Shown: positions 1 through 10,945 of the stretch, piece after piece
How positions within the stretch are numbered: position 1 is the first letter of the stretch
How the letters are laid out: each line of letters opens with the position of its first letter
Assembly: GCF_001194135.2 (NCBI RefSeq)
Contig: NC_068985.1
Span: 56,451,879 to 56,489,705, forward strand
Direction of reading: 5' to 3'
Origin: Octopus bimaculoides
Lineage: Eukaryota
DNA length: 37,827 nt
Translations under genes and position numbers: made by a program
The notes under the pieces: model-generated
What the model was told of the DNA's origin: nothing
Database searches by the model: none
What the model saw: only the letters and a program-made list of their open reading frames with translations

Positions 1-39
1 TATATATATATATATATATATTTCTATAAATACTTTTTC

Positions 40-153
40 GGTTCGATAAAATAAAGTCCCAGTCAAGTACTGAGTTCCATATAATCGATCGTCAAGTCCC
101 CCCTCTCTCGTTAAAATTACTGGCATTGCGTCAAAATTTGAAAGAATTATTAT
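40..153 (+). mobile_element. 3' half of tRNA-derived SINE family A (octopus OR-like), degenerate
   Basis: TTCGATAAAATAAAGTCCCAGTCAAGTACTGAG...ATAATCGA...AAAATTTGAAAGAATTATT aligns by eye with the 3' half of the copy at 5185-5418. Confidence 0.6.
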
Positions 154-464
154 TATCCTTTATCGCCAAGTATCGCAGTATTTCACCAGCTGCAATAAAA
201 TACATCTTTGTCTGTCTAGTACGGTGCGAAACTCAACCAGCAATGAAACAAACCATAACATCTTGTTTGCCGTAGATCTTCTGTTTAGCTTAGCTTCGGA
301 AGTATTATAATAGCACAGCGTTGTCATCCCAAAGTATTTTGCCGTTGCAGATTTTATGCCTGTTTGCGGACAATTCTCGCACGATTTCTAAGAATTATTT
401 TCGACTTCGTTGTTCTGACAAAATTCCTTTTATAATTATTCCACGGACAGGTCCTTTTAGAGTA

Positions 465-836
465 TCTTTTATCTTTTACTTGTTTCACTCATTTGACTGC
501 AGCCATGCTGGGGCACTGCCTGAAGAGTTTTAGTTGAACAAATCGACCTGGGGACTTATTCTTTTAAAGCCTAGTACTTATTCTACCTGTCCCTCATGCC
601 GAACCACTAGATCACGGGGACGTAAACCCATCAACACCGGTTGTCAAGCGATGACGAGGGACAAACACCCCCATACGCATATGCGGTGGGCTTCTTTCAG
701 TTTTCGTCTACCAAATCCACTCACAAGGCTTTGATCAGCCTGAGGCTGTAGTAGAAGACACTTGTCCAAAATACCACGCAGTGGGATTGAACCCGGAGGC
801 ACGTGGTTGGGAAGCAGGATACTTATCACACGGATT
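465..836 (-). mobile_element. Near full-length tRNA-derived SINE family B with central CA-rich segment
   Basis: The reverse complement has a tRNA-like head with B-box GGGTTCAATCCC, then TTGGACAAGTGTCTTCTACTACAGCC, and a tail GGCAGTGCCCCAGCATGGCTGCAGTCAAATGAGTGAAACAAGTAAAAG. It matches copies at 6275-6415, 9187-9807 and 34808-35025. Confidence 0.85.
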
Positions 837-1041
837 ATCAATTGCATTTAACACCGTTTGTTTTCTGAGTTCGAGATTCGATTTCGTTGTGCATGCAGTT
901 TCTTTAGCCTTTGGTGTCATATGGCTGTTTACCTGGATTCCATGGTGTATAGTTGACCGAGATTTCCAGACACCGCTGAATGCGACGCCGGTCTGTTGAA
1001 GGGTTCTAAGCCAACTACTTTGAAAAGAAGAACCAAGTCTG

Positions 1042-1204
1042 TTACATAAGTCTCAGAACGCGACTGGTGCTCTAGTTTATCGACCCAGAGAGAAAGAACG
1101 GCATGGTTGACTTCAGTGGGATTTGAAATCAGAACGGAAAAAACGGAAAAAATGTCGCTAATAATTTTTTTCGCCGTGCTAATAACTGTCAGTTCGTTGC
1201 CTTG
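1042..1204 (-). mobile_element. SINE family A, degenerate
   Basis: The reverse complement aligns with 28026-28170 (...TTCTGATTTCAAATCCCACTGAAGTCAACC...GGGTCGATAAACTAGAGCACCAGT). Confidence 0.75.
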
Positions 1205-1879
1205 TGCGGCGTTTATACAACGCCAGAGTTAACAACTGATCTGCGAACAATTTACAGGAACTCAAGAAGATACAACACCGTCTTTCAACTAAGTTTGACA
1301 ACACGTTTTTTTATTATATCATGTTATTATTTCGTACTTCATACCTAATATGAACTTTGCTCAGCTAATTTCTGCGACATATTGTAAATATGTAGCAATC
1401 GTATCATGAAAACAAACTATACTTATTGACAGTTCTCACTATCAAATATTTTGTTTGCTGTTTCCCTCACGGCATCTATACTTGATGCGTTTAACATAAC
1501 AGTGTGCAGATTTACGTTGTTTTAATGCATATACGATTTCCTTTCCTTATTTCACTGCATACACCATTCTATAATTACCAGTGTGTATATTTTAGTTAAC
1601 GCAAATATCATCATACGTACATATTCATATGTATGTATGTACACACACACACACACGAACATATCAGGCCTGATTGCTTTTTCTTATTTGAATGTGTGTA
1701 TGATTATTATTTTTACTGGCACTGGAACAATCTAATTTCACATATGATGGATGGCATTTGAACAGAAACTTCTATAATATATTTAGTCACAGTCAATGCA
1801 TAATATTACAGAAGCGTTTGTTGGAGTAGGCTGTAGAATTGTTTTCCATATAAAATATAACCAGGACGAATAACACACA

Positions 1880-1887
1880 TAACACAC

Positions 1888-1938
<51 letters not shown>

Positions 1939-1971
1939 CACACACAACACACACACACACTCACACACACA
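1880..1971. repeat. (CA)n microsatellite
   Basis: Direct reading of the sequence. Confidence 0.95.
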
Positions 1972-2118
1972 TGCAGATATATGTATATATGCATGTATGT
2001 ATGTATATAATCACTGTATGTGAATATTCTGAAAGCAATGAACAAAAAGTGAACGAAGAACACAAAAAAGGGATAATATTTAAGTGTATTAGATTAACTC
2101 TTTAAAAGAAGGGAAAAG

Positions 2119-2154
2119 TGTTGACGTTTCGGATGCTAATTCTTCAACAGAAGG
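2119..2154 (-). ncRNA. Degenerate minimal hammerhead-like motif, probable Penelope-like pseudo-LTR remnant
   Basis: The minus strand reads CCTT-CTGTTGA-A-GAAT-TAGC-ATCC-GAAAC-GTC-AACA: a variant CUGUUGA core, a 4-bp stem II with one mismatch, GAAAC and a GUC triplet. Stem I is poor. Confidence 0.45.
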
Positions 2155-3844
2155 AAAATATAGAAGAAAAATAAAACTGGAGAGTTAAAGAGAAAAAGTA
2201 ATGGGAAGAAGAAATGCGTGAGGGATTTAAGGGCCGTGTGGGAATGCAGTTCTGTGGAGGAAAGTTAAGAAAGGAGGAAGCGTGGGGTGTGTGCATTTAT
2301 AAGAGTGTATACATGTTTTGATATTTATGTGTTTGGAGTCAGTGCGTATTTTTTTGACAATGTTTAATATCTAAAAGGTTTCAGACAAACTTGGCACTTG
2401 CTCTTTTATTAAATTTAAGGCAATAATAATTCCCCATTTTGTGACCCGAGATGGGGTTCAAACACATACACTTCTAGTCGAACAGTTTCACATAAGAATT
2501 ATGTTCTTCAAGATTTCTTCCAAACATATTTTTCCACTTCATACTTTTCTTATCCTTTGTCAACATACCTATTTTTTCTCCTCTGAGTATGTTATTTGGC
2601 ATTAGGACTGGAGTAATACCAACTACGTTATTCTACTTTTCCCCACAACCATACGTCACTATACAGCCGCACTATATTACAATACTGTATCGATTCAGAA
2701 GTTATTTCAAAGACAACTTTCTCAGCATTAAAAAACAGATATGTTAACATACCCATAAATTGTAAGCCCATTCATACAATTTATAACAGAAATGCTTTTA
2801 CACTTTCAATCTATAGAATCATCTACATGGTTACAATTCATTGCAGAAAGTTTGTACTTCTTACTATTCAATGCTGCACATTCAACTAGGGTCTTCTGCT
2901 CGCCTTCAGTTTATATTTGCACCGCCAGCCATTTTACACATAGTCACATTTCGAGACACACTTAGCAGCTGACGTAGACTTAACGACCAAAGACAACCAC
3001 ATTGTCAGCAGTATGTATAGTCTACTACAGAGAGCAGGACACTAGCTTCCCCTTAGACGTTTCTCTTCAAAATTTTGTAAATCAACAAAATTGGTTTAAT
3101 GCTCTTCTATATTTAGGTTAAATTCAATATTAAAACTTGGTGATTACAATGAATCTAAAGTATACAGTCATGTATACGAACAGTCATTTCACTTTCACCT
3201 ATAGTTTGGTACACGTATGATTCATGTACATACACATACTCACACGCGCGCGCACATATTTACAAATGTTCTTGTATTCAATATTTAAAATATATTCACT
3301 TGCCTAACATCATTGACTTTTGCAGTTCCTGTATATTATACTTTTCCATTATCGGTCGATAGTAACCAACTATCTGCAGATGATATTTAAAAACCTTTTT
3401 ATGAAAAAGTTTTAAACTAAACATTTTTATAAAAGTTCGGTTATTACAGTAGGAATACAAACCTAACCGGTAGATATATATTTCGACATTATAACCAACT
3501 GGATCAGCGAACAAGGAACTCGCGCGTTAACGAAATTCATAATTTTTTTTTTAAATTTTGGGAGATTCCGTTTCCTTCAACATCTGGCTCTATTTGCTAT
3601 GAGGTTTCTATCTCTCATGAATAATTCTTTAACAACCGAAGGCAGCAGGGTGTTTTCCGCCGCACCATTCGGTTAACGCTTGCTAACAAACGCAACACAA
3701 AGTTGAGAGCAACACATTTTCGCAAGACCAGCATGATCGTCACATCAAATTACAGTCAAGTCATAGACAGATCACAACCAGGTAACAATCGGGTAACAAC
3801 CAACCACACAACGTAGTAGGACTAATTCGTCTGTGTCCGCTTAC

Positions 3845-4174
3845 TCGAGGCTCAGTGGTTAGAGCATCGGGGTTACAATTCTGAGATAGTGAGTTCGATT
3901 CCTGCACCAGGCTGTGTGTTGTGTTCTTGAGCAAGACACTTTATTGCACGTTGCTCTAGTTCACTCAGCGGTGAAAATGACATCTCTGGTGCCAAGCTGT
4001 ATCGTCGTTTGCCTTTCCCTTGAATAACATCAGAGGCGTGGAGAGGGGAGGCTAGTATGCATGGGTGACTGCTGGTCTTTCATAAACAACCTTGCCCGGA
4101 CTTGTACCTCGGAGGGTAACTTTCTAGGTGCAATACCATGGTCATACATGACCAAAAGTGGTCTTTATCCTTTA
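3845..4174 (+). mobile_element. tRNA-derived SINE family C, full length
   Basis: A-box-like AGGCTCAGTGG at 3848-3858 and B-box GAGTTCGATTCC at 3891-3902. The body GTGTTGTGTTCTTGAGCAAGACACT...CACTCAGC is related to the minus-strand copy at 32250-32490. Confidence 0.8.
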
Positions 4175-4594
4175 TCCAGATGGATGTGCCAGAGCACTCT
4201 AACAACATAAGGGATCCGGCAAACTAAGCGTACATATATATCTAGCTTCTTTCACTTCGCTACAAGTTTCCTTATACAGAAGAATTTAATGGTCTGATCA
4301 GAACTTCCAAGAACTTTATCACAGAAATAGTAGGAAATAAAATGGCCCACTAAAAACATTGTCCATCTGAAACAAGTTCATGTTTGATTTGGGTCATAAA
4401 TACACCCAAACTTTATTACGTCGATATAACTTTTTAATAACTCGATTAAATGACTTTCTTCGCTAAAACTAAAGGTAAAACAGATGATGACTGTTCAGCT
4501 TGTTTCGTTTATGTATGTAATATCGAGTAACTAATCGATTGTCTGTTACTCCAGACAGATAATTTCGCTGGTGGTTAATATGTCGTCTTGGTTA

Positions 4595-4621
4595 CCTCCT
4601 CCTCCTCCTCCTCTATCACTT

Positions 4622-4652
<31 letters not shown>

Positions 4653-4680
4653 CGTCGTCGTCTTCGTCATCATCATCATC
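4595..4680. repeat. Compound trinucleotide microsatellite (CCT)n/(TCA)n/(TCG)n
   Basis: Direct reading; it explains the poly-D/poly-G ORF at 4546-4773. Confidence 0.95.
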
Positions 4681-4957
4681 TTTATTAATGTTCATAGCCC
4701 TTAATCTTGTATTTCGCCTGTTGCTGTAGAATACAACTTTCTTATTCACTGCTTCCAAAGAATCAATTGCCAAACTCTCACACCTGTTTCTTATCGTTTA
4801 ACTGTGTAGTTCTACTTTAGATATGTTGTAAAAATACCCCTGCCCTCATAAACTTTGCTACAAGGCTTAAGAACAATTATTACATCTTTTTAAATAATTT
4901 TTTCCCACTACGATGTCCAAATACAATTCTTATTAGCTCACTGACAGTCCTTTTCAG

Positions 4958-5163
4958 AGTTCAATATCGTTTTAAAATCACCGAAAAGTTGATTCCTGAT
5001 GTTCAGGAATCGTGTTCACCAAACAACTAGTCATACGAAACTGGAAGCTAGCGACCGATTTCGATTACCTTACAAGAATTATGCAGCTCAAAACGATATT
5101 ATAATATCTAAGGAATTAACCCTGTCAAAAGAACTAACCCTGTCAAAAGGTTCCTTCTGCTAG
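4958..5163 (+). other. Candidate exon or short ORF of unknown gene (MFRNRVHQTTSHTKLEASDRFRLPYKNYAAQNDIIISKELTLSKELTLSKGSFC)
   Basis: Branch-point-like CTGAC at 4941-4945, then TCCTTTTCAG ending at 4957. ATG at 4999 and TAG at 5161-5163. An in-frame 18-nt duplication (5110-5145) has two differences, both synonymous. No homology recognised. Confidence 0.3.
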
Positions 5164-5184
5164 TGTCATTATTCTATTCTTACT

Positions 5185-5418
5185 AAGGCGGTTAGCTGGT
5201 CGAACCGTTAGCACGCTGGACAAAATGCTTAGCGACATTTCGTCCGTCTTCATATTTTGAGTTCAAATTCCACCGAAGCTGACTTTGTCTTTCATCCTTC
5301 CGGAGTCGATAAAATAAGTACCACTCAAGTGCCAGTCATGTACTGGGATCGATGTAATCGACTTACCCGTTCCTTCAAAATCTGCTGGCTCCATTCCAAA
5401 ATTCAAAATTTGAAATCG
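5185..5418 (+). mobile_element. SINE family A, full length, with 16-bp target-site duplication
   Basis: Head AAGGCGGTTAGCTGGTCGAACCGTTAGCACG and B-box GAGTTCAAATTCC. Flanking direct repeats TTATTCTATTCTTACT lie at 5169-5184 and 5419-5434. Confidence 0.92.
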
Positions 5419-5908
5419 TTATTCTATTCTTACTGCTAGTTGACCTTTGCTCAGTTACTTTGTACGGTTTGTTGTCCACCATTTTAAAAATGGCATAGGC
5501 TGTGAACAAACTACACTTAAGAAATCTCACTCTGACATAGGTATTAAATCTTTTTTCACTTTACCATATATATACATTTACTCTGTTTCCATACATACAC
5601 CGTTTCATTTCACTGTTTCAATATATATATGTTTCTTTCATTATCAGCTTGTGTATCTTACTTGACACATGAGCATCGTTAAATGTATACATATTTCTAT
5701 CTTATATCAAATTTCTTTTTCTTTTACCTTTTAAACGAGCAAACTACTGTATCAACTTTGTAAACTGAAAGGAACAATGAAATTTCTTACACAAAAGCAT
5801 TCGATCAGAAACACATGTATTGTTATATTTAAGACTACTGAAATCTTTCGAGATGTACTTGAATAGCTTTTAAAATTGCTTTCCATATAAAATCTATCAC
5901 TCATACTA

Positions 5909-5963
<55 letters not shown>

Positions 5964-5972
5964 TGATGATGA
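5909..5972. repeat. (AAT)n then (GAT)n microsatellite
   Basis: Direct reading. Confidence 0.95.
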
Positions 5973-6268
5973 TACAGAGCAGTGCAGTTCCGGAGTGGAT
6001 GGTAGAGAGAAGAACAACGTTATTAATGAAAGATCGGTCAAAGGGCAATGAGGTTGGCAATTACCGACTCATGGAAAGTAATAACAGGTACCCTCGCAGG
6101 GAAAATATATACGAAGTCAACTACTTGTTATTCATGGACGACCTCAAACTTTATGGTAAAGAAGAATACTAAGTCAGTTCCCTCGTTGATACGGTGTATA
6201 ATTTCAGCGCTAATATCAGAATGATATCAGAGTTAGGACTGAAAAAGAGTGGTCTTGAAGAGAGGCAA
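5973..6268 (+). mobile_element. R4/Dong-type non-LTR retrotransposon RT fragment, internally deleted
   Basis: Translation PEWMVERRTTLLMKDRSKGNEVGNYR...EVNYLLFMDDLKLYGKEE (FMDD at 6131-6142), continuing as VSSLVDTVYNFSANIRM. The NYRP and LLFMDDLKL motifs are typical of RLE-class (R4/Dong) reverse transcriptases. Confidence 0.75.
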
Positions 6269-6274
6269 AATCTT

Positions 6275-6415
6275 CGGCAAAAGAGCCCGATAGAATAAGT
6301 ACTTGGCTTACAAAGAATAAATCCTGGGGTCGATTTGTTCGACTAAAGGCGGTGCTCCAGCATGGCCGCCGTTAAGTGACTGAAACAAGTAAAAGAGTAA
6401 AGGAGTAAAGAGAAT
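6275..6415 (+). mobile_element. SINE family B, 3' fragment
   Basis: CGGCAAAAGAGCCCGATAGAATAAGTAC...GGCGGTGCTCCAGCATGGCCG...CTGAAACAAGTAAAAGAG matches the reverse complement of 465-610. Confidence 0.85.
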
Positions 6416-6625
6416 AGTAAACGTGGGGTGTATGGGGCGGTTAGAAAAGGGCACTAATGTTTGTCATTCTTCGGCTCTTACATTTGGTTCAAACCATAAT
6501 CACTTTGATAAGCAGATTAAAATATGAGGGTAACCATCGGGTCTCAAACTCTCTATGACCAAATGTAAAATCTGGAAACTTATTCATGCAGATTATGACG
6601 CTGAGACAACTTTGGCTCCATTGGT

Positions 6626-6688
6626 CAGTAAGACAGTTTCAGTAAGACAGTTTCAGTAAGACAGTTTCAGTAAGACAGTTTCAGTAAG
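6626..6688. repeat. Perfect 14-bp tandem repeat (CAGTAAGACAGTTT) x4.5
   Basis: Units start at 6626, 6640, 6654 and 6668, with a partial unit at 6682. Confidence 0.95.
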
Positions 6689-6868
6689 CCATCTCCCATA
6701 CCGGAAAAGAACATGGCTAGGCGGGAGACAGATGACGTTGCACCTCTTTCCATCACTTAAATCTAATTCATAAAATGTCAAAATCCACATACGTATGGAT
6801 AGATAAAGAAGTTATGCCATATTTACGTCATTTTGTATCAAATACTAAATGCATCTATACACACTCAC

Positions 6869-6970
6869 CTGGTCTTCTAGAAGTAAAAGTCAAATTTCCT
6901 CCAACAGAATCTAAGTGTCTTGAAAAACGTAAGACTCATTAGATAATGTAGTTCTCGTTAATCTGATAAT
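6869..6970 (-). other. Candidate exon of unknown gene (possible start MSLTFSRHLDSVGGNLTFTSRRP, phase-1 donor)
   Basis: On the minus strand the acceptor is TTGTTTTTTTCTTCACGCAG and the donor is CCAG|GTGAGT. ATG lies at 6938-6936 with an in-frame stop upstream. No homology recognised. Confidence 0.35.
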
Positions 6971-7084
6971 CTGCGTGAAGAAAAAAACAAAATAATACAA
7001 TTAAAAATGAAGATGGTCTCATGCAGAACAGATTCGATCACAAGTCAGCTGATGTCTGGTTGACCCGGGGTCAAATAAAAACAA

Positions 7085-7245
7085 CAATGGCGACAACAGT
7101 AACAACAGCAGCAGCTGCAACAGCGGTAACTGCAGAAGTATCATAATCATCAGCAACAACAACAACAGCAACAACAACAACGACTACGACAACAACAACA
7201 ACAACAATGACAACAGCAACGACGTCGACGATGACTACAACAGAT
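7085..7245. repeat. (ACA/GCA/ACG)n compound trinucleotide repeat
   Basis: Direct reading. Confidence 0.9.
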
Positions 7246-7619
7246 ACCCCATTGTGTTACTCTGTGCCAGACGAAAATAAATCGAAGTTTGTTTCACTAA
7301 CTAACGGTGTTGTTATTTGTTCTTGTTCTTGTGACAGTTGTTTTTATTGTTGTGACTTGTTATTGCTGATGCTTTTGTTGATGTGTTTAAAAATTCGTTT
7401 AATTTACATTTCAGACGTTGTCGCCCAATCAATGATCTCGGAGACTAATTGTTCAGTTTCTATGGCCATTTTTCTGCCTAATTTAGCTTTTATTTTAATT
7501 TACTTTCGATAATTGTTTCTTTTTTATATTTTAAGCTTTAACAAAATTTAAGTGATGAGTTCTCCCAGTGGCGAACGGTTTGAAAGGAAATGTAAATAGC
7601 GTCTGCTATTTGTATTGTT

Positions 7620-7860
7620 CTCGTTGTTGTTCTTGTTAAATCCTAGGCCAGCTACGAATGAACAGACCTATGATCAAATGCATTCCTTCCATGGCAATTT
7701 TCTATATTTTTCCCCCGCAACGAGTATCTAGGAGTCCATTATATTATGTGTTTCTTCTTCCGTAAGATGGTTACCTGTATCTAGAGGGTAATTTGCTTGC
7801 TATTTTTATCCGGTCGAACGGTTAAGCAAAGACTATCTGTAGCATTCCTGTTGCTAATGA
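7620..7860 (-). mobile_element. Unclassified SINE-like interspersed repeat with (CAA)n-type tail; related copies at ~8095-8225, 10515-10730 and 10750-10810
   Basis: Recurrent blocks (ACAGACCTATGATCAAA...CATTCC, CTAGGAGTCCATTAT..ATGTGT, GCTATTTTTA..GGTCGAACG) occur in several copies in this window. Confidence 0.55.
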
Positions 7861-8559
7861 TGATGACTTTTTGATATTGTGGTGATGATGATGATAGCGG
7901 TTGCTCTTATCAGCATGGGTGGCTGATGCGATTTAAAGTTTCTAGTTAAACAGATAATTTCTATACATAGATATCCCAATTGCTGGGACAGATGAGATGT
8001 TAGATTTACTCTTATTTTACACCTAGTTCATTTATTTTCATGTTCAATCTAGATTCTTGCTGGTTCATTTGAAAGACGAGGCAGTGTTGGCAGTGAATCT
8101 AGAAGTCCATTATGTTATGTGTTCCTTCTTCTTTAAGATGGTTACTTGTGATTAGAGGGTGATTTACTTGCTACTTTTACCAGGTCGAACGGCTGCTTAG
8201 AGACTATCTATGGAATTTCTGTTGGCAATGGTGACATTTTGATGTTGTCGTTGTTGTTTAACCCAATATCTTCCCTGCCAAAAAGACAGCATGGTCCTAC
8301 ATCTCTATTTTCACAGTTATACTTTGCCCCTCCCTCCATCATCTATGCTACATACTTCGACATGCAATAATGAACACTAAACCATATAGTGTGAGTGTGG
8401 TCATATCGTACTCTCTCCACGACCCAGTCTATTTCTGTACTCTCACTGATACTAAATACTCTGTCATGCAGTGATCTGGTGTATGGGATATAGCGTGTAC
8501 ACCCTTCACTCTCCAGTATATTTTTGTAGTCTTGTAGATTCCAGTTGTTGTTGTAATTG

Positions 8560-8766
8560 CTACTATTGTTGATAATGATAGTGGTGTTATTGGTTGTGTC
8601 TTGTAGCTTTTAGGTGTTCGTATATTATTTCGAGTTAGAATGCCGCCCCTACTGCTGCTTCTGATAATGTTGGTGATGATGATGATGATGGTAGTGATGC
8701 TAGTATTGATGATCATAACGATGGAGGTGGTGATGCCGTTGTTGTTGATGATGTTAGTGATAGCAG

Positions 8767-8803
<37 letters not shown>

Positions 8804-8870
8804 CAAAATGATGATGATGACGATGGTATAATGATAAAGGTGGTGGTAGTGGTGATGATGATAGTGACGG
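8560..8870. repeat. (ATG/GTG)n compound trinucleotide repeat
   Basis: Direct reading; it explains ORFs 8429-8806 and 8640-8831. Confidence 0.9.
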
Positions 8871-9186
8871 CTATATGCGGTTGATGTGATTTACAGTCTC
8901 TACTTAAAGAGATAATTTCTATAGATATCTCGGTTATTCAGGTAGATGAGATATTAGATTTACTTACTCTTGTTTCACATCTAATTCATTTATTTTCATG
9001 TTCAATCTAGATTCTTGTTGGTTCATAAGAAAGACGAGGCAGTGGTTGTGGCAAATCTACTCTGGCCCAACGCTACAGAAGTGACAATTAAAGCAAAACT
9101 CGTTAATTTTACAGTATTTCCTTAATCACTTACAGTGTTGATCCATTTCCTTTTATCATCCTGCAATTAACTTGATTAAACTGATA

Positions 9187-9807
<621 letters not shown>

Positions 9808-9859
9808 AAACGATAAAAAACAACTGAGAGAAGAGTCTGTGGCCAATGCTCTGGTACAA

Positions 9860-10230
9860 TGTAATATAACATTGTGTGGTACCTATTTACAGATAGGTAG
9901 ACGAGGCAATTGACGTTGTGCATATTAACTATGGGCACAAAACAGGGAACTGTCATACGGTACCTACAGACATCTAGCTTGACTGGACTGTTCAAAGTTA
10001 AGTAGCTTGATCATGGACACCTAACGGTAAATTGTACCATACTGTGGTAATTATTTCCGGCTGACCATGCATCCGTGACCATGGATGCATAACAATGAAG
10101 AATAACACCATAATGTGGTACCTACTTACAGTTAAGCAGTCTGAGCTGTTGACAACTAAATTTCAATAGTTAATGTACATCCCATGGAACCTACTTATAG
10201 CAAGATAGATTGAGCTAATGTGAGTTAAAT
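9860..10230. repeat. Degenerate tandem array with ~70-87-bp period
   Basis: An 18-nt motif, TGTGGTACCTA(C/T)TTACAG-like, occurs at 9875, 9956, 10043, 10114 and 10183. The outlying copies match 13-14 of 18 positions. Confidence 0.65.
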
Positions 10231-10244
10231 ATCGTAACCCATAT

Positions 10245-10410
10245 CTGGTAAGTTCACCGTCATCAATTCACGTTTTGATCTCCATTACTTTGTTTTGTTT
10301 TTTTCAATAAAATAGTTTTTAACTAATAATGGTGAGATACTATGGATATATTTTCTCGGTAAACTTTCCTCACGGCGAATTGATGGTGGTGAACTTTCCC
10401 TGCGGACACT
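10245..10410. mobile_element. Possible small MITE remnant
   Basis: AAGTTCACCGTCATCAATTC (~10251-10270) is an 18/20 inverted repeat of GAATTGATGGTGGTGAACTT (~10377-10396). Confidence 0.4.
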
Positions 10411-10882
10411 GTACCATCAATAGTAGAGTAGTGTTACTAGGATACAAACAGTTGAGTCATCTTTTGACTTCATCATTACACGAATATTACGACAGATTTT
10501 AATTAGGTTTGTTGTAATTATTTAGCTCAATTCAATCCTGATTGAGTAGACGTATGATTATAAGCATTCCTGCGGTGACTGTCATGTGTTTTTTCAGTTT
10601 TTATTAGATAAATAGTACTCTGGACTACATTATCAAATGTGTCCTTCCTTTCTAAACGCATTATTGGGCAATTTGATGGAATGCGGTTTCTATTTCTAGC
10701 AGGTTGAGTCTCTACACAGACGCTACCAGTTTGATTGGATTAGTGTTTGGTGTTCATTGCTAGTTTGTTAGCTCCAGGTTAGTCTTGATCAAGAAGACGT
10801 AGTAGGACTACATTAACCGATGTCCTTATTTTTTTTTAAATAGTGGAACCTGATTAGAAAGAGATTTCATTTCTATTCCCAG

Positions 10883-10945
10883 CCCGTCATTCCGACTCCT
10901 GAATATGGTTTTGTAACCAATCGGTTACAAGTGGCGTCTGTGGTG
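10883..10945 (+). other. Candidate 63-nt phase 0-0 coding exon (PVIPTPEYGFVTNRLQVASVV)
   Basis: The acceptor is GATTTCATTTCTATTCCCAG and the donor is GTG|GTATGT. Only the frame starting at the acceptor is open. Protein not recognised. Confidence 0.4.

Noticed and set aside
9860-10230. CRISPR-like appearance of the repeat-spacer array
   Set aside because: The context is eukaryotic, the repeats are degenerate, the spacing is irregular and there are no cas genes.
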